DNA of 63,819 bases from the NCBI GenBank assembly GCA_003427395.1, contig BFEA01000019.1, forward strand, positions 1,047,431-1,111,249, written 5' to 3'. The translations under genes and the position numbers were made by a program. The DNA is from Chara braunii. Lineage: Eukaryota; Plantae; Charophyceae. The notes beneath the pieces are model-generated. The model had not been told where the DNA came from, made no database searches, and was given only the letters and a program-made list of their open reading frames with translations. Shown here in pieces: positions 24,101 through 36,567 of this stretch (position 1 is its first letter; each line of letters starts with the position of its first letter).

Positions 24101-27100
24101 TGCGTTGCTGGCTGTCGCTCCGTCTGCTCGGGCGCGTCTTCCTCTGTGTCTCCGCTGTTGTTTTCGCCTTTTTTCTCCGCAGTTGTTAGAACGCAATTTC
24201 ATTTTACCTTTCATTTTACCCATTCGGCAGTTATATATGACAGCCATCGCTTTTCAATTACCGATTATCTTTCCGCGTTTACGGTCGTTTTCCCCCAGTC
24301 GCGCTACTGTATGCCGCAGTCGTTATCTCGTTTCCGCGGTCGCTGTAACGTTTCTGAACTTGCCAGCTTGTTGCCGAATCCTTTTCCGTAGTCACCATCG
24401 TTTTTGCGTGTTAACCAAAGTCTGCCTGTCTTTGTTTTCCATCGCCTATAGCTGCGTTCGACCATAGTCTTTCTGCGTAAACCATGCCGCACGTTCTCTG
24501 CGGTTGCTATCGCTTTTTTGAATTCACCTTCGCTTTTTGCGTAGTTGTTCTCACAGGATATTCGCACTCCCTCGTCTTTACGCGTTAACCATTGTAGTTC
24601 TGTGGTAACCACTGCCTTCCTGCAGTCCCTCACCATCGTCTTTCTGAGTCACGGCTGGCGGTCAGGAACCAATAGCAAAAGGGCATATCTATTCTTCACT
24701 TGAGTTCTTGGTGTTGCTGTTCCCACCCCTTAGGTGAAGAATAAGGCTTTTGCTTTTCGTGCTCCTTAGGACAAGGCCCTATTTTGTCAGTTTCTTGTCG
24801 CAGGTTCCTTCCATTCCTCACTATCGCCTTTCTGCAGTCCTCACCATCGACATTCCGCGGTAGCCGTTGTCTTTCTGCGTTACCGTCGTCTTCGGTAACC
24901 GTCGTCCTTATGCGTTATCAATAGTCTCGTGCAGTCATCGTCGCCGTTCCCGATTCGTCTGCAATTTCTCTTGCCTCGTCTACTGTTAGGCTTTGTTTCT
25001 ATACTCTACAAACATATATGAAAAATGTGCATGCTCTAATTGGGTTTTTGGGATGAAATGATAGCGACTGTTATTTGTTCTTTGAAAGTTGTGATACCGA
25101 CTTGTATGAATGTTTTTGTAGTCAAGGGTTGCCTCTTTTAGGCCGTTCGCATGCAACGAAGTTCAAATGTTAATGAATTGCGCAGTGTCAATGAAATGCG
25201 TGTGTGAAGTTTGCTAGGCGGCAATCTGTAGAGCCCTTTGGCGATGACGCTCTGAGATTTGTGATTTACGTAAGGCTGATGTCTGAGTCTGTCGCTTTCT
25301 AGGGAAGTGTGTGATGTCTCGCTCGTGTCATGTCAGTGATGAAGTTCAGGAGTCCACGAATGACAGTAATGACGTGAATGACAGTTAGTTTCAAGTCGGC
25401 GGTAGTACTCGTAATGCCCTTGCGTCTAGGTGGCCGCTACACTTCCCTGTCGTACAGGTTTTGTATCAAGTCGTTCCGGGACCGAATTGGTGTTCTTCGT
25501 CGTTGGCGAACGAAATTACTCTCATGGCCGTAGTTCTCTATGCTTGGCTGTTTGACATTATGTTTATTTATTTGACTTCGTACATCTTATTACTAGATGA
25601 AGTCAGTAAGCGTCACGAAGTGCCAGTGCTCATCGACCAGTATTTACTAGTAATATTTATTTTGCCTAGACGGTTGCCAATATTACGAGTTTGAGGAGCA
25701 GTGGTACAGTCCGTCTGTCGGAAGCTGTCAGATGTCTATTAGTTTTGCTGTTATATGCTCTTTTCTTGAACAATATTGAGATCTGTGTTACAATTTTTTA
25801 CAATATTGAGATCTGTGTTGCGTAGACTATATCACGGTTGCCTCTAAAGAAGTCTGCGGTTACGTAGACGATATCACGGTTGCCTTTAAAGAATTCTGCG
25901 GTTACGTAGACGATATCACGGTTGCCTTTAAAGAATTCTGCGGTTACGTAGACAATATCACGGTTGCCCTTAAAGAAGTCTGCTGTGACGTAGACGATGT
26001 CACGGTTGCCATTTAAAGAAGTCTGCGGATCGGACGACGGGAGGTCTGTGCTCCCAAGCTCGTGCGAATGGGAAACCAAACTGGTTGCCTTTCAGGCATA
26101 TGTTTGACAAGATAGTTCTTGTTAAGGTGATGAAATTATGTGTGAAGGTTGTTGGACTGTAGAGGATGGTGATTAGTTCCGTTCGTTAGAGAAGAGATCT
26201 CTTGTTTAGGTTAAATTGTGCGCGAAGGTTGTTGGANNNNNNNNNNNNNNNNNNNNNNNNNNNNNNNNNNNNNNNNNNNNNNNNNNNNNNNNNNNNNNNN
26301 NNNNNNNNNNNNNNNNNNNNNNNNNNNNNNNNNNNNNNNNNNNNNNNNNNNNNNNNNNNNNNNNNNNNNNNNNNNNNNNNNNNNNNNNNNNNNNNNNNNN
26401 NNNNNNNNNNNNNNNNNNNNNNNNNNNNNNNNNNNNAGTACAAGGGTATATGCTTGTTCTGAGGGCTTGTCACGCCAAGTCTCTAAAGATGTCTTGTTTA
26501 GGTGAAACTGTGCGTGAAGGTTGTTGGACTGCAGTGGATGGATGTCTATGGCATTGTTTGTAAGATATTTGCTTATCCTGAGTGTTTGTCACGCCTAGTC
26601 TCCATAGATATCCTTCTAGTAGAAACTGTGCGTGAAGGTTGTGGGACTGCAGAGGAAGGGGTCCTACGCTCTAAAGTACTAACGAATGGAAAAGCAATTT
26701 TTTTTTTAACTCCTGGATGTCCGTTCAATCTTCGATGGTATCGTTCGCAAGATATGTGCTAATGTGCTGAGGGCTTGTCTTGCCTTTAGTCTCCCTTTGG
26801 TACCCGTAAGACATGTTTATTGCATACCTCCGAACGTCGATGGTCTTATGGGTATAAGATACATGCTGTTATTCCTTACTGGTAAGGCTTGTTACGCATA
26901 AGTCTTTCGATACTCACTCCTATGTATGCTGATACTACTACTGGTAGTAATGTTACGCAGCGTCTTCGTTTTGAGTTTAGCATCTTCTTTTTGAGTAGAG
27001 CTTTAACTAGGCAGTACCTGTTCTAGGAGGCCATAGTGGACTGCACTCTGTAAAGGTTTAGCTACTGGTCAATCGGAGGTCTGGCATCCTTGAATAAATG

Positions 27101-30100
27101 AATGCAAACCTTCAAAGTCGCTCGTCTTGGTAGGTATGTATAGGGGTGCGTATTGCTGGTTACTATCTGTTGTAGGGGGTTATGTGGAAGGACTGCGCTG
27201 AAAGTTCAAGCGTCCCTGTATCCCCATCGTTTCAATTAGTGAATGAACGACGAGATTCTTTAGCCGTCTGTGCTCTTGGTAGATCTGTATGCGTCGTGTA
27301 CTCATATTTTCGGTCAGATGTTTCTTATACATCCCTCCGCGCCTTCAGCTGCTTCTTATACAACCCTCCACATCTGTCTATGTCTTGGTTACGGGCGGGG
27401 GGGTTATTGGGAGGGTTAGGTTGTGGTCCGGGATGCGTTGGTCAGCTGATATTCCTATGAGCCAAATCGAACGAATCTTCCGTTAGACATGGAAATATAC
27501 ACTGCCAGACTTCTCTTTTTTGTGTTTTTGTGTGTGTGAGAGAGAGAGAGAGAGAGGGAGAGAGAACGTAACCTTTCCTGATACATAGTCTCTATCAATT
27601 CTGTCTCTATGATCTGGACTACCGTCTTTGTCGGAACATAATATAATGCGCCCTGTGAATGAATGTCATGAGCTATAATTTTGGTCAGGTTTAGCGAAAC
27701 GACGGTGCTATAGTTTGAATGAAGACGGTCTTGCAATACGTGTGGTAGGAGATCAGAGGACCGTGGTTTTGGGAGAGGTTATTTGGAGGGTTGTGTCGGT
27801 TGAGCATCGGGATTGCGTTTATGATGAGATGTGGATAACTTGGAGGGGACCTTATGACGCTTCGCGCTGTTGGTTTTGTAGGAACAGGCGTTGTTGCTTT
27901 GATCGTTCATGTACGGGTCTCGCTCCAATGACTTGTTCGAGAGGCATGTGGACTGCCACCTAGACCCGGTACATTCGAAGTGATCGAGCACTTTTGAATG
28001 TGTACGGGTCGTCGTTCGAGAGGCATCTGGACTGCCACCTAGACCCGATACATCCGAAGTGATCGAGCACTTTTGGATTTGTACGGGTCTCTCTCCAAGT
28101 GACTCGTCGTTCGAGAGGCATCTGGACTGCCTGTGTTGACCCGATTCATCCGAAGTGATCGAGCACTTCTGAACGTGTTTCGAGCGCCCTCCACGTCCCA
28201 TGCATTGCGATTCTTGTCCAATGGATCGAGAGAGACATCATTATGATGATGATGTTAGCTGTTGCTGTTGGATGTAGCGGCCGGTTCTTGAGCCCACTGA
28301 CAATTATTTTTGGAAATTCGTATTTGCAGAAAATCTGACCAGGCACTTCAGGAAGTATGGAGAAATTATCGATGCCGTCATCATGAAAGATCGGAACTCG
28401 GGTCATCCTCGTGGTTTTGGCTTCGTCACATTTCGGGATCCATCCATATGTGATCGTGCGCTGAAGGACACGCATTGCATCGATGGACGAACGGTGAGTA
28501 ACTACTGCAGGAATCGCGTATCGCCTGTTGCCTTACCTCTGCCTTGTGTTTTTTGAACCCCTATCTTGGATTTATGTGATTTATACAAGGAAGAAAATAA
28601 ATATGAATTTATTTTTCTTTGTTTTCTGTTTTCCTTATGATTTTGCTCTCTGACAACTTTGCGACAATATATGTCAAGTCCAATGAATGGATCACGTGTC
28701 GGAATTGTTTGCGCAGCGATTGCTCGCAGTTATATGTACCGTGTGTACTTACCTCAGTAATTTGTTTAATAGCACTATTTACCTTAGTAATTTGTTTATA
28801 GCACTTCAACTCAGTAATTTGTTTAATAGCACTACCCTCCTGGAATTGTTATTTTCTTGATGCTCTGCACGTGGTTTTTGTTCCCGCGAAAACGTTGCCT
28901 CCCGTCTTTGACTGGTTTCCCGCCAATTTCTTTTAATAATAATTTTCTTCCGGCGACTCAGAATCCTAGTCTTGTGGAGATCTGACTTCGCCTACCGTTT
29001 TCAACTGAGTACGACGCCCGGTGTGTATTTGTCTGTACCCGGAGTGGAAGTTGGACCCAATACAGCTATAACGATCGGGCGTTTTCTTCGGTTGAAGGGG
29101 GTCAGTTGTCTCTTTCTATAACAGCACAAGAGGACGAAAGGAACGATGAAGATGAGATGCAGCGAAGAAAGAGGAATACACAATGAAGGAAAAGAAGGAT
29201 GATGAAGATAACGGGCGCAGAAACGACAAATAACGTCTTTGCAGATCTGTCTTGGCGTAGCTGCGGGCGGCGCGGACCGTCTTCATGCGTCGTGAATGAA
29301 AGTTCAGTCCTGAGCTGTCGGAATTTTGCCTGTAGAGCAGACAGGAGCTTTGTGTATCACTGGCCTCGCTGCAACAATAAGTGTGAGCTGGAAGGCGTAT
29401 AGGATGTCAGGAAGCATCGCTGCAACAATAAGTGTGAGCTGGAAGGCGTATGTGATGTCAGGAAGCAGGGTGATCGACTTGTGGATTGCTTTCTCACATC
29501 TGGGAATGAATGTGTACCCACGAACACAACACACCCTGTCAATGAATTTATACAGGCTATAAATACGGTCAGGTACAGCCAACATGAGAGTGCGTTGTGT
29601 TGGGAGGAAGGTGATAAAGGCGGCGTACGGCACAGTGGCGCAATGAGCGCTGACAGTATTGCCCTCGGTGCATCTCTTAACAACGTGTGAAGTGTTGAGT
29701 GTCACTTTTTTGTGACGAGTGTCACTTTCTTGAGGGAACATGTGAAATGTAGTTTCAGTGTCACTTTTTTGTGACGAGTGTCACTTTCTTGAGATAACAT
29801 GTGAAATGTAGTTTCAGTTATAAAATGTATAGAGAGAACAAGTTGTGGGTTTGTCTTATCACATCTGCCTTGCGGTGGAGTAAAGTTAACGAGCGGAATA
29901 AGAAGTCTCAGTAATCGTTTTCTGGTTGATGTTTGTGGCAGGTCGAAGTCAAGAAATCCGTTCCAAGGGAGTGCATGAAAGGGCCAAGGACGAAAAAGAT
30001 CTTTGTGGGTGGCTTGCCGCCATCTATTACCGATGGTAAGGAACTGGGCATTGTTTCTGATAGCCGTTTATTTTTGGTCGCGTTCAGTAGCGCAGACTGG

Positions 30101-32030
30101 AGAAGGCATTCGTTGATGATGTTCCCATAAGTCATGGAGACTTGGATGCACTAATGCATGAATGCCAGCAGGCGAGAAGGCAGCCCTAATGTTATTGTTT
30201 TTTGTCGTCCGTATGTTGGATCTGCGTTGTTGTTTCCTTCAGCGGAATTTAAGGAGTATTTCTCGAAGTTCGGTAAGGTAGAAGAGCATCAGATTATGCA
30301 GGATCATCACACAGGGCGCTCACGCGGGTTTGGTTTCGTCACGTTCGAGAGCGAGAACACAGTGGAGGAGGTGCTTGCGGAGGGAACACGGCAAGAAATT
30401 GGGGGTAAAGAGGTAATTTGCTTTTTTTTGAAACCCCGGGTTCGGACCTCTGTACCCTACGGATCTTTTATGTCATCATATCTCGAACTCTCTGAGTGTT
30501 TGAGGATGCCCTTGTCTGCGATTACTCGAGTGTGTTGGGAAGTTATTACCCTTACGGATCTCTTAGGGCATCGTATGTCGAACTCTTAGAAGCCCAGGAA
30601 CTTGCTTCAGAAACAACAAAACTAACTCAAAGGTGGTACCCGTAAGGCCAGGATATCCCGGCCATTTATATTTTGTTGAATAACATCATCTTTTGCTTCA
30701 GAAACAACAAAACTAACTCATGGCCACTAATAAAACATGACTTGAAACCAGAAACAAATAAAAATAAGTGTTATAGTGTTTGATGATGCCCTTGTTTGCG
30801 ATTCCTCAAGTGTGTGTGCTGGGAAGCTGGTTTCTCCTGAATTGAAGTGGTCGGTCGTATCGGGGGTTGGGTTTGGTGTTTAACTGTTATAATTTCAATT
30901 GAATCGCTGTTTTAATAGTCGTATATGCTGGCTGGAACTGGAGGTTTGGATTTGAACAGATCATACGCTGCTGTACCTACCAGCCGAGCTAGGTCCGCTG
31001 GTGGTTTGGTCGCTTACGGGGATTGTGAGGTTGGGAGGGAGTTTTGCATTGGCCACCTCTTGCCCGATAGAGACATTTGTTCGAAGGTCTCATGTTTAGG
31101 CTGGTCGTCGTGCTTGGAAACTCGATTTGAATGCCTTGGCTGACGTTTTGTTTTGTGGATTGCGCTTGCGACGACAGGTGGAAATCAAGAAAGCGGAGCC
31201 GAAGCGCCCACCTGAAGCCGGCGGCTTCGGAGGGCAAGGGGGCTTTGGCCCCCCCGGTGGGTACGGAGGATATGGCGGCCCAGGTGGGTACGGGGGACCA
31301 GCTGGGTATGGGGGACCGGGTGGTGCCCCTCCTTATGGGGGTCCAGCTCCGAGAGGCGCTGGTTACGGCGGAGGCTATGGCCCTGGAGGATATGGTGATG
31401 GGTACGGCGGGGGAGGCGGTGGGTTCGGCGGCGCTTATGGCGGAGGCTATGGCGGCGGGGGATACGGTGGCCCCGGAGGCTATGGCGCAGGGAGAGCCCC
31501 GGGTGGCGCTGGAGGTTTCGGTGGACGCGCCGGTGGCTATGGCGGAAGCGCGGGCAGCGGAGGGTACGGCAGCGCGGGAAGCGGTTATGGCAGCGGGGGG
31601 GGGGGGGGGGGGGGGGATGGGCCTGGGCGGATATGGGGGAGGCGGGGGTGGGGGTGGGTATGGTGGTGGGAGCTCCCTTGCTGGAGGTTATGGAGGTGGT
31701 GGCAGCTCGTACGGCGGGGGAAGTTCGATGAGCGGGGGTTATGGGAGTGGGCTTGCCTCTTACAGTGCAGGCCTAGGGTCGGGCGGGGGTTATGGCAGCA
31801 GTCTGGGTGCCTATGGTGACGGAGACTCCCCCTATGGGAGCGGTGGGTATGGGAGTTATGGCAGCGCCGGAGGCAGCGGCGCTGGTTATGGAGGGGGTGC
31901 TTATGGGGCTGGTGGATATGGTAGCGGTAGCTTAGGGGCCAGCGGATACGGTAGTAGCAGAGCTGGATATGGCGCCGGTGGTGGTCCTGGGCCTAGCAAT
32001 GGGCGTTACCACCCTTACAACCGCAGCTGA
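20998..32030 (+). CDS. Plant hnRNP A/B-type (RBGD-like, Musashi/DAZAP1-type tandem RRM) glycine-rich RNA-binding protein; join(20998..21140,21805..21848,28330..28493,29942..30035,30243..30412,31178..32030); ~488 aa if one G of the 31595-31616 run is removed
   Basis: Manual splicing at GT..AG sites with consistent phases gives MAVKKKEK...SSSG|GKIFIGGLCWETTT|ENLTRHFRKYGEIIDAVIMKDRNSGHPRGFGFVTF...IDGRT|VEVKKSVPRECMKGPRTKKIFVGGLPPSITD|AEFKEYFSKFGKVEEHQIMQDHHTGRSRGFGFVTF...GKE|VEIKKAEPK, then a GGY-rich tail ending RYHPYNRS*. This contains two complete RNP2/RNP1 pairs and a PY-NLS. Confidence 0.93.
21525..21662. repeat. 30-bp minisatellite in intron 1
   Basis: TCGGTCGTTTTCGGTTAATTGGTTTATATG repeated about 4 times. 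Confidence 0.9.
21805..21848 (+). CDS. hnRNP/RBGD-like gene, exon 2 (44 nt, RRM1 RNP2 KIFIGGL)
   Basis: TAG acceptor ending 21804; encodes GKIFIGGLCWETTT; donor G|GTGCG; not visible in the ORF track. Confidence 0.92.
25820..26028. repeat. 42-bp minisatellite, 5 copies, in intron 2
   Basis: Head-to-tail TACGTAGACGATATCACGGTTGCCTTTAAAGAATTCTGCGGT units with no spacers. Confidence 0.92.
26130..26790. repeat. Degenerate tandem repeat (GAAACTGTGCGTGAAGGTTGTTGGACTGCAG core) spanning a gap
   Basis: Core recurs at ~26132, 26213, 26504, 26622. Confidence 0.75.
27900..28175. repeat. Tandem repeat, ~3 copies (GTTCGAGAGGCATCTGGACTGCC...CGAAGTGATCGAGCACTT)
   Basis: Direct observation in intron 2. Confidence 0.85.
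28330..28493 (+). CDS. hnRNP/RBGD-like gene, exon 3 (RRM1 RNP1 RGFGFVTF)
   Basis: TTTGCAG acceptor; ENLTRHFRKYGEIIDAVIMKDRNSGHPRGFGFVTFRDPSICDRALKDTHCIDGRT; GTGAG donor. Confidence 0.95.
29367..29817. repeat. Two short tandem duplications in intron 3 (~51 bp at 29367-29468; ~59 bp at 29699-29817)
   Basis: CGCTGCAACAATAAGTGTGAGCTGGAAGGCGTAT x2; GTGTCACTTTTTTGTGACGAGTGTCACTTTCTTGAG x2. Confidence 0.88.
29942..30035 (+). CDS. hnRNP/RBGD-like gene, exon 4 (linker + RRM2 RNP2)
   Basis: CAG acceptor; VEVKKSVPRECMKGPRTKKIFVGGLPPSITD; GTAAG donor. Confidence 0.95.
30243..30412 (+). CDS. hnRNP/RBGD-like gene, exon 5 (RRM2 RNP1)
   Basis: CAG acceptor; EFKEYFSKFGKVEEHQIMQDHHTGRSRGFGFVTFESE...GKE; GTAAT donor. 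Confidence 0.95.
31178..32030 (+). CDS. hnRNP/RBGD-like gene, exon 6 (Gly/Tyr-rich low-complexity domain, PY-NLS), frameshift at poly-G
   Basis: VEIKKAEPK frame (ORF 31127..31819) switches at the G22 run to the frame of ORF 31131..32030, which ends NGRYHPYNRS*. Confidence 0.9.
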
Positions 32031-33345
32031 GAGGCGCATACGTCGATACAAAGTCTCTTGTTGGTGTTCATCGTGAGCTCTTGGGCAGCCGTTTGTGGAG
32101 TTGCCACGCATGATCGACGTCTGAGGAAGCCGGTGTTCTTCTTTCCGTGTGCGCTTGTGTTCTCCCTCTTCACTCGCACTCCCTCCACGCCGTGATGTGT
32201 GCTAATGCGTCGGTGCTGTCGCCAATTCAAGTGGACTTTTGAACTTGTCGAGGTGTAGGTTAGGAACAGAACTCGCTTGAAATTTTTGCTTCTTTGGGCC
32301 ATCCTTCGCCCTCTCCGTTTTGATACAAGTGTAGTAGAGGCTCCGCTTCGAAAAGGAACTGTTTTCATTCTCTCCACGTTGTTAGTCTCTTTTCTCTTCG
32401 TCAGAAAACTTGATGCTCGTTATTTGCCTGTGACATTATGAATGTAGTCGACACCCTTGTCCCATAACGTTGGCTGGTCATTTGGAAGGGTTAGTGGGGG
32501 CTCTGCTGCCGCGAACTGGATTGTCTCACGCCTGTGTTGGTTTTAAAGTATATTCACCCACCCAGCGACATCATCCAATTGTATGTGAGTCGATTTAGCG
32601 TCCAACATTTTTCGGTGTCTCTTGTAACATTATGATGCAACGTAAGGGAATCTTTGTCCATGTCATGTCGTTGGCTGCCCCCCAAGAAAGGGATGTTTGT
32701 GTCAGTTGATTTATTAGAAACCTGGTGTCTGGGGATTGTGCGGGTGTGGGTGTGGTGAAGGATATTGCGGGACTGTGTGGGTGTGGTGAAGTGTATTGGG
32801 GAATTGTGTGGCTGTTGCAAGTATATTATATTATTAACCCTTGCGATGGGACATGATCTGATGTGATCTGTTTTTTTTTAACCGAGAGTGTTGTATGGAC
32901 TACCGTGATGTAGAAATCATTGAGGCAGTGTTTTTTTCTTTAACGACTTTTGCTTCGTTCTGGCATGTTTACGTGTTATAGGTGTTTGAATTTTGCTAGA
33001 GGTTGTAATCGACGACAGTGGTGGTGCTGCTGAGCGTGTCCAAAAATGTAGTGGACACCCTCTTGTTGGTGCTGCCTAGCAATGTCTTAAGTCTTTTTGT
33101 TTTGTTTTCAGTCGGTTTCTCTTTTTGCTTATTTGCATCCAGCAGACGGTAAGTACAACCATACCGTATGACGTACTCATACTACAGGTAGGTCTTTCGT
33201 AAATGTATGTACACACTATTAAGGCCTGGTGGGAATGCATTTGACTGGAATCACGTCAAGAGCTCTGTCGAATGAGTTTGAAAGTTAGTATGCCTGTTTA
33301 GTATGCGACTCGTTTGAACCAATTACGCGTCTTTGGCACGACGAA

Positions 33346-33512
33346 GGGTCTCGCCGCACGGCACACGAAACGAAAACGAAACGAGTGCATCCGCCCACCG
33401 AAGGGGGCAAAATACAGCCGTTACTGTTTATAGCAAACCGATGAGCCTGGCTATATCTGGGGGAAGATGCATTCGTTTCGTTTCTCGTTTCGTGTACCGT
33501 GCGACGACGCCC
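33346..33512. mobile_element. MITE, PIF/Harbinger-like (GGG...CCC TIRs, 3-bp TSD GAA)
   Basis: TIR GGGTCTCGCCGCACGGCACACGAAACGAAAACGAAACGAGTGCATC with its inverted partner; GAA on both sides; homologous inverted copy at 53039-53206. Confidence 0.85.
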
Positions 33513-35839
33513 GAAGGTTTTACTCGAACCGAAAAACGTCAGTCGATTATGAAACGACATTCATGCGTGAAGACGTGAGAACTACGGCCACTGGCCTGAT
33601 ATTGATGATGGTTTTAAACTTTTTATCCTGACAGTGAGACCGTAGAGGTGATGAAGGTTGCGCTGCTCGCACTCGAACGCTTTGCAGTAAATTGTATTTT
33701 GGAAGAGTCTGAACGGAACAGCACGAGTATATGCCGATGATATAACCTCAACAAAATAGAACTTCGTGGATGGTCATGGCCAAGGCCGAAGTGTTTGCAG
33801 TTTTTTTAACATGTTGGACATGAAAACGAGAGCGCTACAGGTGGATCCCAAGTGGATATTCGCACACAGGTATGGACGTGTACGACCCACGGAGCAGACG
33901 CTAGGATCTATCAGAGGCCCTGGAAACTGAATTCGTATGCTGTTTAAATCAATCGACCATTATCACCAGTGGATATAACTATTTATAAGCCAAAATCAAC
34001 TTTCTACTTTCTCGGTCACCGTGCTTTGATCTACCAGAAGCTCTGGTCACTGAACTCGTCAGTGCATGACTATGTTCGTGCCTGCTTTGTTAGCTGATGC
34101 TGAAGTTCTGGAATATGCACACAATTTTGTCGACATAGGAAAAGGATTGTAAGTATGACCTGAGATGTATGGGATTTTGATTTTGTTTTTAGGTCGTTGT
34201 TGGTCGGGGCCGAATAGACTGGCAGTGTCTGTCTATGCGCAGGCCTGCAGCTGTCAAATTGTCCCGAAGGATCCTGAATGCGCCTGACTTATATAGTTAT
34301 ATGGCTGTTTAATGGATCGTTGAACAGAGCTGGAAGTGTCCTTCGAGAAGTGAAGGATGTCGCTTTTGGGTCGTTGTGCATGTCTGGTTGTGTATGTGCA
34401 ACTGACCGTCCTTCCCTCTTCGCTTACAGGGTACGGATTGTCTGTCACATCTTGCTTTCCTATTCGTCTCTTCGTTGTAGGGAATGTATAGCCATCGCCG
34501 CACTAACGGTGTGTACGAAATGAGAATGCATCTTCCGCTAGAACATGCGAAAACCTTTCTTGTCTTCATTGTAAGGAATCTATGAGCGTTGCCGCGCAAG
34601 CATATGTACAAAATGAGAATGCATTTTCAACCTGCGAAGATGCACCATCGTTCCGCTTTTTGTTGTATTCGGTGAGTGGTGCGGCTTTGCCCCATCTCAC
34701 CTACCCATCTCACCTACCCAAGGAGCGTTTATAGCTAGACTATTGATGTAGATGCTGTTGAACGATGGAGTTCGTGAATGTGATGTTTATAGTCGATATG
34801 CTGGACCAGAGGTGGCGAGGTTGTTAGACCAAAAGCACTTCCTAGAGTCGTGCCGGTTAATGCCCCACGATTTTAGGTAATGTACGGGGGCTACTATAGG
34901 AGCGCGCCCAAAATCATCGGAGTATAAACGTTTCCGCGGCCGATAGCTTGTTCAAGTGGTGGTGGTTTAATGAAAGAAATGTGCGCGGCGAATTCGATGT
35001 AGATGAAGGAAAAACGCCTCTCCTGGTTGTCTCGTGAATGTCATGTGTAGTAGATTCGATGCACCTGACCCTTTATGCGGCGAGATGCCCGATGCGGCGA
35101 CGTTGTCGATGAGAAAACTGCGCGCGAATGGCTTTTTGTATTTGAACATCCGAGTCAGTGGCGTGTTTTGGTAGATGTAAATGAAATCGCTCTCGTTTGT
35201 GAACCCGTCTTGTTTGTAACTGACTGAATATTTTGGCCGTTCGTTTAGTCGCTTGTGCATGTTGAGAGTAGAGTGAAGCGAGGTGCATTGTAGTAGATGA
35301 ACAACGACGACTCTATGCAGAACACCGCCTTTACCGAAAATCGCCGTTTCAGGCTGGGCACTCTGCAACCGGGTAGATAGATCTCTGCTCGGTTGCCTTT
35401 TCTGAGAGCTGTATCAAGAAATCTCTCGAGTTTATTCGTGGAGTTGGAGCGATGACCGAACTGGAAACTGTACGGAGTGGAGTATTGCAGCGGGGTCGTG
35501 TTTGATTGTCGCAAGGGCTCCACGCACCGATCTCCAAGCGCCAATATTTGGTGTCGTTGGTTAACGGCAGAAACACGTCGGAATGTACATACAATGACGT
35601 CAATAGCAACTGTCGAGAGTGGAAATAATATTTTAAATGGATACATACCTGTCCAGAAATAATAAGAATGGGTGTTGCGCTGCTCTAGAAATGAGACAAT
35701 CTTCTGACGGAACGTGGAAAGATGCATTGCCATATTCTTAGACTTCCTGTGCGAGCTGAGAGTAGAGGTAGGAGGACCGAAGTTGGCACCTCATGCGAGT
35801 TGTCGGACGAGGCTCGCAGGGCCGCCTACCCACTGCTTG

Positions 35840-36215
35840 GAAAACATGCAAAACGAGAACGAATCTTCCGCTTGAACATGGCAATGTGCATTCAGCGCCG
35901 TGGTTTGTGTGTGGTGGGTTGTGGGAGGAAGGTACGAATTTTGTCGCTGGGCAATCAATCTGTTGTGCTGCCGTCCTCCCTCGATGCCTTTAAAGGCATG
36001 TGGCGTCGTTCAGCACCCAAGCTTTGATAACGCAATGTTGTGAACAGCACCAGAACTGCTTTAAGAAATTTCATTTTGTTCGACTAAGCGAGTGGACGGA
36101 GGCCGGGGATCTCACAATTCATAGAGTTCTCTTCTGGCAGTATCAGCCAGCTTTGCTTACGGGCATGTGTCTGAGGAAAAACCTATCTCCAAATTCCAGA
36201 CATGAAAACAAATTG
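35840..36215 (-). pseudogene. Decayed pogo/Tigger-type (DDE_1) transposase fragment
   Basis: With frameshifts, in the expected order: VWNLEIGF (cf. NxDETG), WVLNDATC (cf. LDNAxxH), YLPPTTHH..ALN..IAMFKRKIR (cf. LPPNTT..QPLD.GI...FK). Confidence 0.45.
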
Positions 36216-36567
36216 CCCTCGCACTCACGATCGTAGCATAACGCATGTTTTGTATTCGAGTAAAAACCATCTCAGGCGTACGAACTGTCTTCCGCGACTA
36301 CCTTCTTCCCCCGAGCAAAACGCATATACGTTGTATTCGAGTGTCAAAATTTGAACAAAAATTCGAACAGAACGCATGTGCGTTGTATTCGATATTTCAG
36401 GCTATTCAAAGAGAACGCATGCGCGTTGTATTCGAATTGAACACTATGCGTCGTATTCGTTTACAACACGTGTGCCTTATGCTCGGGGGAAAAAGGCTCG
36501 CCACAAAGCCTTCCGCAACTTTGAAAATCGACCCCGGGTGTGCGTTCGAACACTATTTTAACACGAG

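Noticed and set aside
21829-24636. Many 100-200 aa hydrophobic ORFs
   Set aside because: By-products of C/T-rich low-complexity intron 2 sequence; no recognisable domains
25820-26028. CRISPR-like regular repeat
   Set aside because: Units are head-to-tail with no unique spacers, no cas genes are present, and the array lies in a eukaryotic intron
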